From a virus (lineage: Duplodnaviria > Caudoviricetes), in IMG/VR virus record IMGVR_UViG_3300010281_000004, positions 1 through 28,559 of that record: a stretch of 28,559 nt of DNA; one strand, written 5' to 3'. Positions within the stretch are counted from its first letter, which is position 1, and each line of letters starts with the position of its first letter. Made by a program: the position numbers and the translations under genes. The notes beneath the pieces were generated by a model. It had not been told where the DNA came from. It ran no database searches and saw nothing but the letters and a program-made list of their open reading frames with translations. Positions 17,753 through 25,227 of this stretch are shown here, in pieces.

Positions 17753-17781
17753 TTGAACATTTTTGTTTGATATATTATACT
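17753..17781 (+). promoter_or_regulatory. Sigma-A promoter for the small RNA
   Basis: TTGAAC (17753-58), 17 bp, TATACT (17776-81); A-rich upstream element. Confidence 0.7.
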
Positions 17782-17787
17782 ATATTT

Positions 17788-17883
17788 GCAGATAGAAATA
17801 TGCTGTATACTTGTGTAACTGAATTAACGTTTAAGCGACATGTAATGTCGCCAGTCACAAGGCCGCTAAAAGCGGTTTTTTTT
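17788..17883 (+). ncRNA. Putative ~95-nt structured small RNA of unknown family
   Basis: Own promoter; stems CTTGTG/CACAAG, ACTG/CAGT and GCGACAT-gta-ATGTCGC; 5' GAAA-loop hairpin; terminator GGCCGCT-aaa-AGCGGTT + T run; no RBS-led ORF; GC-richer than flanks. Confidence 0.65.
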
Positions 17884-17910
17884 CGTATATGGGGGGATTT
17901 TATTATTTTT

Positions 17911-17937
17911 AAAGGGAAATATATACAAATGTAGAAT
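17911..17937 (+). promoter_or_regulatory. Possible sigma-H-type promoter for the 171-aa gene
   Basis: AAAGGGAAA-N11-GTAGAAT, close to RnAGGAwww-N11/12-RnnGAAT. Confidence 0.4.
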
Positions 17938-17963
17938 TATACAATAGAAAGGGGAGAAAATAT

Positions 17964-18479
17964 ATGAAAACTTTAGAAGTAGGGAAATTATTTAAAGAGG
18001 GTGTTATTAGATATTCAGAGGGGATAAGATTCGATATAACAGATAGTGGATGTAATTTGATGTTATATTTCAATGAACCTGATAGCACGGAGATAGAATG
18101 TGTACAACGAGGAGAGGTTAGATATGGATATTATAAAGAAAATAATGTAATAATGCTATTATTTAAATTCGGGACATTACAATGGATAGATGCACCATAT
18201 TCTATACATTTATCTAAAAATCTAACCGAATTACAAGAAATAAAAGAAGGGTTAGGATTTGCAGTTAATGTATATTTAATTGATGCTAGAACTGGCGTAT
18301 TAAAAGCTATTAGATTAATTTCTTTTAGTACTAGATTTTCACAAATGTTAAAAAGTGATATAGAAAATCAAAAAGAATTAACTTTTGAGAATTTTGATTT
18401 AAATCTAAATAATATATATAGGAAATACACTACAAATCAATTAGTAAAATTGGCTAAAGTTATAGATAAAATAAAATAA
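17964..18479 (+). CDS. Hypothetical protein (171 aa), moron position after lysin
   Basis: AAGGGGAG RBS; globular alpha/beta-looking sequence with WIDAPY and LIDARTG; followed by a hairpin. Confidence 0.8.
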   Translation: MKTLEVGKLFKEGVIRYSEGIRFDITDSGCNLMLYFNEPDSTEIECVQRGEVRYGYYKENNVIMLLFKFGTLQWIDAPYSIHLSKNLTELQEIKEGLGFAVNVYLIDARTGVLKAIRLISFSTRFSQMLKSDIENQKELTFENFDLNLNNIYRKYTTNQLVKLAKVIDKIK

Positions 18480-18481
18480 TA

Positions 18482-18509
18482 AATATAGGAGATTTTTTTC
18501 TCCTATATT
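18482..18509. terminator. Perfect hairpin after the 171-aa gene
   Basis: AATATAGGAGA-(T-rich loop)-TCTCCTATATT; followed by an A tract rather than a T tract. Confidence 0.55.
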
Positions 18510-18522
18510 AAAAAAAAAAATA

Positions 18523-18551
18523 TTGACAGTACGTTATAAGTACGTTATAAT
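18523..18551 (+). promoter_or_regulatory. Perfect-consensus sigma-A promoter with tandem 11-bp operator-like repeat
   Basis: TTGACA (18523-28), 17 bp, TATAAT (18546-51); GTACGTTATAA x2 at 18529-18550; A11 upstream. Confidence 0.88.
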
Positions 18552-18590
18552 ATAATCAAAGATAAGATTTATTAAAAGGAGCGAGGAATT

Positions 18591-19778
18591 ATGGCTTGGT
18601 ATTATGGAACATTTAGTTGCGGACACGAAGGAAGAGTAAATGTGATAGGACCACAAAAAGATAGACAATGGAAAATAGACAATAAATTTTCAGGTATATG
18701 CGAAGAATGCTATAAAAATAAATTACAAAAAGAAAGAGAAGATGCTAACCAAAAAGCATTAGAAAGAGCAAAAGAAATGGAGTTACCTGAATTACAAGGA
18801 ACAGAAAAACAAGTTGCTTGGGCAAATACACTTAGAGATAAATTTGTAAACGAAATAGAAGAATTAATTAAAGATATAGAAACAGATAAATACACTTATG
18901 AAGAATATAAAGAAGATATATTTAAAATCGAAAACAAAAGCAAAGAAGAAACAATTAATATAATAAAAGAGAAAATCTACTCACTAACAGATTATGCCTT
19001 AGAAAATGAGGTGGATGCTAAGTTTTGGATAGATACTAGAAATAAATGCATTGATAGTTTTATAGAGATGTTAATTACATTATATAAAGACAATCAAGAT
19101 AACGAAGAAGAAGTTATCAAACAAGAAATATTGCTAGAAAACACAATTAGACCTGAGGAGGTTAAGCACCAAGGAATAGTTGAATTAGTAGCAAGAGAAG
19201 ATAAGATAAAGATATATTACGAAAAAAATGATAGCTTTATAAAAATAGTTAAAGGTTTAAGATATAAATGGAACGGAGTTTGGGAAAGAAATATAAATGA
19301 ACTTACTGGAAGTTACAAGGATAGAGCAGCAGAACTTGCCAATAAATTATTAGCAGAAGGGTTTGCTGTATCTATAGATGATGAAGAGGTAAAAAGAAAA
19401 GCTATAAACGGGGATTTCGAAGAAGAATGTGATAGATGGATAATAGTATCACAAGATGGTGAGAAATTGAGAATAAAAGATTATAACAATGAAGATAAAA
19501 TATACAAAGTTGCAAAAAGATTACCTACTGCTAGATGGAAAGATAGAGGTATAGAAGTAAAAATTGAGCATTATAAAGAAGTACTAGAATTTGTTGAAAT
19601 GTTTAATTTTAAATTAAGCTCTAAAGCTAAAAAACTTATTGAAAATTACGAAGAGAAATTAAGCAAAATAGAAGTGGTAGAAGTCAAGAAAGTGGGAAAA
19701 ACTCCTGAAAAAGATGGTTTGCAGGAAATTCTAAATTCTAGTAGAGAAATATTAGATGATCTAAAAGAGGAGGATTAA
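18591..19778 (+). CDS. Hypothetical protein with N-terminal Zn-binding motif and two possible HARP-like repeats
   Basis: SCGH...CEEC; LPELQGTEKQVAWANTLR...KFWIDTR; C-terminal IVKGLRYKWNGVWER and VAKRLPTARWKDRG; RBS GGAGCGAGG. Confidence 0.8.
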   Translation: MAWYYGTFSCGHEGRVNVIGPQKDRQWKIDNKFSGICEECYKNKLQKEREDANQKALERAKEMELPELQGTEKQVAWANTLRDKFVNEIEELIKDIETDKYTYEEYKEDIFKIENKSKEETINIIKEKIYSLTDYALENEVDAKFWIDTRNKCIDSFIEMLITLYKDNQDNEEEVIKQEILLENTIRPEEVKHQGIVELVAREDKIKIYYEKNDSFIKIVKGLRYKWNGVWERNINELTGSYKDRAAELANKLLAEGFAVSIDDEEVKRKAINGDFEEECDRWIIVSQDGEKLRIKDYNNEDKIYKVAKRLPTARWKDRGIEVKIEHYKEVLEFVEMFNFKLSSKAKKLIENYEEKLSKIEVVEVKKVGKTPEKDGLQEILNSSREILDDLKEED

Positions 19779-21265
19779 TGAAATTAGTTACTGAAATGTA
19801 TGAGCATCAAAGGAGAGCTGTTGAAAAGCTCTCCAAAATAAAAATAGGTGCTTTATATATGGAAATGGGAACAGGAAAAACAAGAGCAACTTTAGAACTT
19901 ATAAAAATAAGATTAGAAAAGAAACGCATAGAACACGTTATATGGTTATGTCCTTGCTCTGTAAAAGAAAATTTAAGAAGAGATATAATTAAACATACTG
20001 GCGAAGAAAATACAGAGCTAATTACAATATGTGGCATAGAAACGTTAAGCAGTAGTATAGCGGCAAATTTAAAATTATTAGAATTAGTACAAAATAAAAA
20101 TTGTTATCTAATAGTTGATGAAAGCAATATGGTTAAAAATCACTTAGCGAAAAGGACTAAAAATATAATAAGGCTAAGTGAATATTGCAAATATAAGCTA
20201 ATACTAAATGGAACACCTATAACAAGAAATGAAGCAGATTTATATGCTCAATGGTATTTGTTGGATTGGAGAGTTTTGGGGTACAAAAGCTACTGGAGCT
20301 TTGCTGCTAATCATTTAGAATTTGACGACTATGGAAGACTTAGAAAGACATTAAATACAGATTATCTAACAGAAAAGATAGCACCATATAGCTATCAAAT
20401 TAAAAAAGACGAGTGTTTAGATTTGCCTGAAAAAACTTATGAAATACAATATTACAATTTGACTGACGAGCAGGATAAACATTACGAATACGTAGCAAAT
20501 AAGTTATTCTTTTATGTTGATGAAATAGAACCTCACACAATTTATAGAATGTTTACAGGCTTGCAGAATGTCATAAGCGGATATAAAGTAACAGTAAAAG
20601 AAGAAAAGGAAGAATTTTATAATCAATATAATGAAAAAGTTATAAAAAGCAGAATTATAGGTATGGAAAAATCTCGTTTCTTTGAAAGTGAAAAAGAAAA
20701 TCCGAGAATACAAAAATTGCTTGAGATTATTGATAAAATAGATAGTAAAATACTTATATTCTGCAAATATACAGATGAAATAAATTCTATAGTAGAGATT
20801 TTGAATGAAAAATATGGAGAGGATTCAGCTATTCCGTTTAACGGTGAATTGAACATAAAAAATAGAAATAAAAATCTTGATAAATTCAGAAATGGCAGCA
20901 GATTTCTTGTAGCCAATAAAAGTTGTGGAGCATACGGTTTAAATCTTCAATTTTGTAATTATATAATTTATTACAGTAATGATTTTGATTTTGGTACAAG
21001 AGCTCAAAGTGAAGATAGAGTTCATAGAATAGGCCAAAATAAAAATGTCCATATAATAGATATTTGTGCAGCTTGGACACTAGACGAAAGAATAATCAAC
21101 TGCTTAAAAAAGAAAGAAAATCTAGTTGATACTTTTAAAAAAGAATTAGAAGAAAAGAAGGATGAAGAATTTTTATATAGTTGGATTAGGAAAAAATATT
21201 CTAGAAATAAAAAATTTAATAAAATGGTTAAATATATAGATAAATATGATTTAAGGGAGGAATAA
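19778..21265 (+). CDS. SNF2-family (SF2) helicase/translocase
   Basis: Q motif YEHQ, Walker A MEMGTGKT, Walker B IVDESN, LNGTP, GLNLQ and QSEDRVHRIGQ; TAATG coupling to upstream gene. Confidence 0.92.
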   Translation: MKLVTEMYEHQRRAVEKLSKIKIGALYMEMGTGKTRATLELIKIRLEKKRIEHVIWLCPCSVKENLRRDIIKHTGEENTELITICGIETLSSSIAANLKLLELVQNKNCYLIVDESNMVKNHLAKRTKNIIRLSEYCKYKLILNGTPITRNEADLYAQWYLLDWRVLGYKSYWSFAANHLEFDDYGRLRKTLNTDYLTEKIAPYSYQIKKDECLDLPEKTYEIQYYNLTDEQDKHYEYVANKLFFYVDEIEPHTIYRMFTGLQNVISGYKVTVKEEKEEFYNQYNEKVIKSRIIGMEKSRFFESEKENPRIQKLLEIIDKIDSKILIFCKYTDEINSIVEILNEKYGEDSAIPFNGELNIKNRNKNLDKFRNGSRFLVANKSCGAYGLNLQFCNYIIYYSNDFDFGTRAQSEDRVHRIGQNKNVHIIDICAAWTLDERIINCLKKKENLVDTFKKELEEKKDEEFLYSWIRKKYSRNKKFNKMVKYIDKYDLREE

Positions 21266-21269
21266 AAAA

Positions 21270-22583
21270 GTGCCTAAAAAATATCATAATGAAAATGTAT
21301 ATGAGGCATCTATGAAAAAAATAAAATATTTATTTGATGAGTTTGACAATGTATTAATAGCTTTTAGTGGTGGGAAAGATAGTGGAATATGTTTGAATTT
21401 ATGCTATGAATATGCTAAAGAACATAACTGTTTGAATAAATTATCTATGTATCATTTAGATTATGAGGCTCAATATCAATATACTACAGATTATGTAGAA
21501 GATTGCTTTTTAAATGAGTTTGAAGGAATAAGAAAATATTGGTTGTGCTTACCTATTGCAGCTCAATGTGCTGCATCTATGTATCAAGATCATTGGACCC
21601 CTTGGGATAAGGATAAAAAAAATATATGGATACGGGAAATGCCACAGAATGAATTTGTTATTAATGAAGACAATGTTCCTTTCGAATTTGTTAAAGATAC
21701 GTTAGATTATGATTTGCAAGATAAATTTGCAAAATGGTTTTCTAGTACTTATGGAAAAACTGCTGTTGTTATAGGAATAAGAAGTCAAGAAAGTTTAAAT
21801 AGATATAGAGCTGTAAATAAAAATAATGCAGCAAAAAAATATAAAAATATAAATTGGATTAATAGTTATAAAGACAATAAAACATATAAGGCTTACCCTA
21901 TATACGATTGGCAAACATCAGATGTTTGGGTAGCAAATGCTAAATTTGGATTTAAATATAATAAAATTTATGATTTATATTATAAAGCTGGATTAAGTAT
22001 AGAGCAAATGAGGGTTGCAAGTCCTTTTAATGATTGTGCTATAAACTCTTTAAAGTTATACAGAGCTATAGAACCAAATACTTGGGGAAAACTTATAGGG
22101 CGAGTAAATGGAGCTAATTTCGCTTCTATATATGGCGGAACTTCGGCTATGGCCTGGAAAAATATAAAGCTTCCTAAAGGGCATACTTGGAAGAGTTATA
22201 TGGAATTTTTATTATCAACTTTACCAGAAGAAACAAGAAACAGCTATTTAAAGAAATTAGAAACATCAAAAAAATTTTGGAGTGAAAAAGGAGGAGTGCT
22301 AGATGACGAAACAATAATGGAATTATCCAAAACTGATTTGAAATATAAAGTAAAAGGCAAGATAAGCAATTATTCATCTAAAAATGTAGTTGCCTTTGAT
22401 GAATACCCTGATGATGCTGATGTAACTAATTTTAAATCTGTACCTTCATATAAAAGAATGTGTATTTGTATATTAAAAAACGACCACTTATGCAAATATA
22501 TGGGATTTGCTCCTACAAAAGAAGAGGCTAAAAAAAGAAAGTTAGCTATGGAAAAATATAAAGACATAATAAGGGGGAAATAG
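21270..22583 (+). CDS. ibrA: PAPS-reductase-like PP-loop protein with DUF3440 C-terminus (IbrA/YbdN-like)
   Basis: AFSGGKDS PP-loop, DYEAQY, WLCLP, GIRSQESLNR, PIYDW, GRVNGANF and PSYKRMCICILKND motifs; GTG start after GGAGG. Confidence 0.88.
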   Translation: MPKKYHNENVYEASMKKIKYLFDEFDNVLIAFSGGKDSGICLNLCYEYAKEHNCLNKLSMYHLDYEAQYQYTTDYVEDCFLNEFEGIRKYWLCLPIAAQCAASMYQDHWTPWDKDKKNIWIREMPQNEFVINEDNVPFEFVKDTLDYDLQDKFAKWFSSTYGKTAVVIGIRSQESLNRYRAVNKNNAAKKYKNINWINSYKDNKTYKAYPIYDWQTSDVWVANAKFGFKYNKIYDLYYKAGLSIEQMRVASPFNDCAINSLKLYRAIEPNTWGKLIGRVNGANFASIYGGTSAMAWKNIKLPKGHTWKSYMEFLLSTLPEETRNSYLKKLETSKKFWSEKGGVLDDETIMELSKTDLKYKVKGKISNYSSKNVVAFDEYPDDADVTNFKSVPSYKRMCICILKNDHLCKYMGFAPTKEEAKKRKLAMEKYKDIIRGK

Positions 22584-22584
22584 A

Positions 22585-23097
22585 ATGAGTAAATTTACAA
22601 GTCCTGTTTATAACGTAAAAAAAATACCAATAGAAAAAATACATGCAAATAGATATAAACCTAATAGTGTAGCTAAACCATAAATGGATTTATTATATCA
22701 ATCGATAAAAATCGACGGATATACAATGCCTATTGTTTGTGATTATGATTCAGAAACTGATAGTTATGAAATAGTTGATGGTTTTCATAGATATATGACT
22801 ATGAAAAATCACAAAGATATATTTGAGCGTGAGGGTGGATGTTTACCTGTTGTGGTAACATATAACACAGATATTCACGATAAGATGGCTAGTACAATAA
22901 GGCATAACAGAGCACGCGGCACTCATAATATAGAATTAATGTCAAAAATAGTTGCTGAATTAACAGAAAGTGGAATGAGCGATTTATGGATTTCTAAGAA
23001 TATTGGTATGGATTTAGATGAAATATTAAGATTAAAACAAATAACTGGGTTAGCAGCATTATTTAAAAATGAAGATTTCAGTAAATCTTGGGAATAG
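22585..23097 (+). pseudogene. ibrB: ParB-N/sulfiredoxin-like protein (IbrB/YbdM-like) interrupted by in-frame TAA at codon 33
   Basis: ATG 22585 after AGGGGG gives MSKFTSPVYNVKKIPIEKIHANRYKPNSVAKP*MDLLYQSIKIDGYTMPIV...EIVDGFHR...ASTIRHNRARGTH; TAA at 22681-83 where the family has Glu. Confidence 0.8.
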
Positions 23098-23104
23098 GAG
23101 AAGT

Positions 23105-23293
23105 ATGAAAACAAAAAATATATCATTTGAGCCTAGAGAAATTAATGTTAGTTACTCAAAATCAGGCAGTGGAAGTATTACAACAAGAATAAATATTCCA
23201 ATAACTTGGTTGAGAAAATTAGGGGTAGATGAAGAAAGTAGAGAAGTTATTTTAGAATTTGATGAAGACAGAATTATAATAAGAAAAAAATAA
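23105..23293 (+). CDS. AbrB/MazE/SpoVT-like small DNA-binding protein (62 aa)
   Basis: AGGAG RBS before ATG 23105; SKSGSGSITTRINIPITWLRKLGV...REVILEFDEDRIIIRK. Confidence 0.82.
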   Translation: MKTKNISFEPREINVSYSKSGSGSITTRINIPITWLRKLGVDEESREVILEFDEDRIIIRKK

Positions 23294-23348
23294 TGAAAAT
23301 CTGTTGTAGAACATAACTATAGAATGTTAGTTAAGTGTTATAATTTAA

Positions 23349-23450
23349 CCTGATAAAAATGGTCAACGCAAATATGCTAAATGGTATGGTAAAAAAGCAT
23401 TTAGATTTTGGGTTGATGAACTAAAAACTAAAGATCAAAAAGAAAATTAA
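23349..23450 (+). pseudogene. 5'-truncated remnant of a small basic peptide gene
   Basis: Frame reads PDKNGQRKYAKWYGKKAFRFWVDELKTKDQKEN*, with a stop directly upstream and no start codon or RBS. Confidence 0.45.
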
Positions 23451-23457
23451 TATTATA

Positions 23458-23492
23458 TAAAAAGCACTTAGATTTAATCTAGGTGCTTTTTA
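23458..23492. terminator. Bidirectional intrinsic terminator
   Basis: TAAAAAGCACTTAGAT-tta-ATCTAGGTGCTTTTTA between convergent genes. Confidence 0.85.
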
Positions 23493-23543
23493 TATTATAG
23501 GCAAATCAATTCTTATAAAACTTTTCTTTTTCATACATCCCAT

Positions 23544-23927
23544 CTAATGAATATTGTGGAATTTCTTATGACAATTCCTACATAATACCACTAGATCATT
23601 TAAATCCTCATGTCCTAAATTTTTATATGTATTATGATGAACATTTAAATTTGTTTTGCTTGAACATAGCTGACATTTACGACCAGCTCTATCTAAAGCT
23701 TTTTTTCTTATTTCTTTCCAATGATTACTTTCAAGATATTCTCTATATTCTTCTTTCCTTTTTTCTTTGCTATATAAATCTACAAAGTCATTATAGATAT
23801 GTTCTTCTTTTTCTTTATTTTTTCTTTCTAAATACAACCTATCTTTTTTGTTTTCACCTTTAACAACTAATATTGTAAATAAAATTGATAAAATAACTGC
23901 AACAGGAATAAGGATTGTAAAATTCAT
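23544..23927 (-). CDS. HNH endonuclease with N-terminal transmembrane helix
   Basis: FTILIPVAVILSILFTILVV, then YLESNHWKEIR...CQLC...LNVHH...NDLVVLCRNCHKKFH; RBS GGAAGGTGA on the minus strand. Confidence 0.85.
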   Translation of the reverse strand: MNFTILIPVAVILSILFTILVVKGENKKDRLYLERKNKEKEEHIYNDFVDLYSKEKRKEEYREYLESNHWKEIRKKALDRAGRKCQLCSSKTNLNVHHNTYKNLGHEDLNDLVVLCRNCHKKFHNIH

Positions 23928-23991
23928 ATAATCACCTTCCTAGTGCAATTATCCCCCTAAATATGGTAAAATATACGCAAGGGGTGGGAGA

Positions 23992-24192
23992 ATGGTCAAA
24001 AACAAATTAAAAGAAATTAGAATGAAAGAATATATGATGAACTCAAGCGAGTTTTGTAAAGTGCTAGGAATTAGCATAAGCACTTATAGTAAAATTGAAA
24101 GTAATAAGCAGCAAGGGAATATAGAAACAGTATTAAAGATTTCAAAGGCTCTTAATCGGAAGGTAGAAGATATTTGGTACCTTATTGATTAA
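23992..24192 (+). CDS. Cro/CI-type (XRE) helix-turn-helix regulator
   Basis: NKLKEIR...FCKVLGISISTYSKIESN...VLKISKALNRKVEDIW; extended -10 TGGTAAAAT at 23964-72. Confidence 0.9.
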   Translation: MVKNKLKEIRMKEYMMNSSEFCKVLGISISTYSKIESNKQQGNIETVLKISKALNRKVEDIWYLID

Positions 24193-24203
24193 GGGCCTTT
24201 TTT
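24176..24203 (+). terminator. Probable terminator after the HTH gene
   Basis: GGTACCTTA-ttgat-TAAGGGCC followed by T6. Confidence 0.5.
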
Positions 24204-24354
24204 ATACTTAAAAATCTTTTTAGAAAAATATTTTCCAAATAGGAAACTTTTGGACATATAGGGCATACAATTAAGTATAAAGACAATCAAGGACACACAC
24301 TTCCATTTTAAATATGTGCCACATAAGGCAATAATTGTGTAAAGGGGTGCAAAG

Positions 24355-25227
24355 ATGATACTTGGTATTGATTTAGGAAATTGGAACATCAAGACAAGCG
24401 AAGGAGATATATTCCCTTCAAGATATACAGTTGTAGAAAACATTCTAGGAGCTACAGGAGATTCTTTAGAGTACGAAGGAATTAAGTACTATATAAAGGA
24501 AGGAAAACTTGAAAATAACTACGATAAGGCAAATAAAGAAACTAATATGATTTTATTTCTTTATGCACTAGCAATACAAAAAACAAACTATTTTAAAGCA
24601 GTAGTAGGATTACCAGTGCTAGCTTACAAAAATAATAAAGATACTTTTAGGGAGAAGTTACTAGAAAACAAGGTATATAACCTAAAGCTAAATGGAATAG
24701 AGAAAACAATAGTTATAGAAGATATAATAGTTTTTCCAGAAGGAGCTGGAGCATACTTCAATATACAAAATAGAGCAAAGAATGCAATTGTAATTGACAT
24801 AGGCGGAGGAACTACTAATATAGTTTCATTTAAAAATGGGAAATTAGATAAATACACTACAATAGCTAAGGGAATGATAGAACTTTATAACAGAATAAGG
24901 GAATGTTTAAATTCTGAATACACCTTAAAACTGGAATTAGAGGATATAGAAAACCTTATGAAAGAAGGACTTAAAGTAGATGGGAAAGAAGTTAACTGGA
25001 GCTTTGTAAAGCCTATTATCAATGATTTAGTGAATGAGTTAATGAATGAATTGAGAAACTTTGAAATTAGGACAAGTACAGTTTATCTAACTGGTGGAGG
25101 ATCTAAACTATTAAGAGCAGCATTACGAAATAAAGTGCCAGGATTGGTATTAGTAGAGGATTATTTGTTTTCAAATGCAAAGGGATTTAAAAATGTGGGG
25201 GTAGCTAAATGGAAAGAAAGAGAATAG
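24355..25227 (+). CDS. parM: ParM/StbA-family actin-like partition ATPase
   Basis: Phosphate-1 GIDLGNWNIK, VVGLP, VFPEGAGA, phosphate-2 IDIGGGTT, adenosine LTGGGS and SNAKGF motifs. Confidence 0.92.
   Translation: MILGIDLGNWNIKTSEGDIFPSRYTVVENILGATGDSLEYEGIKYYIKEGKLENNYDKANKETNMILFLYALAIQKTNYFKAVVGLPVLAYKNNKDTFREKLLENKVYNLKLNGIEKTIVIEDIIVFPEGAGAYFNIQNRAKNAIVIDIGGGTTNIVSFKNGKLDKYTTIAKGMIELYNRIRECLNSEYTLKLELEDIENLMKEGLKVDGKEVNWSFVKPIINDLVNELMNELRNFEIRTSTVYLTGGGSKLLRAALRNKVPGLVLVEDYLFSNAKGFKNVGVAKWKERE

Noticed and set aside
17788-17862. Small RNA as a pistol, twister or hammerhead ribozyme (contains UAAGCG and a GU before the closing stem)
   Set aside because: Could not build the required pseudoknots, and there is no CUGAUGA/GAAA core; family left unassigned
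21270-22583. Calling the PP-loop gene cysH (sulfate-assimilation AMG) or a Dnd/Ssp phosphorothioation system
   Set aside because: DUF3440-type C-terminus and IbrB partner identify the IbrA clade; no other cys, dnd or ssp genes are present
23069-23104. ORF-track upstream starts (23069, also 25385, 11976, 5482, 5273, 381)
   Set aside because: Better Shine-Dalgarno-supported starts exist at 23105, 25430, 11991, 5497 and 396; the 5273 frame is better explained by frameshifting
4095-23481. Shared TTAGATTTAATCTA core at about 4096 and 23468
   Set aside because: Both are terminator-type hairpin cores of an AT-rich palindrome; no evidence for att sites
23510-23540. Sigma-E-like TTATAAA...CATACAT on the + strand
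   Set aside because: Points antisense into the HNH gene with no downstream ORF; too short to distinguish from chance
23627-23863. 78-aa Phe/Leu/Tyr-rich + strand ORF resembling a membrane toxin
   Set aside because: It is the reverse complement of the Lys/Glu-rich HNH gene and has no RBS
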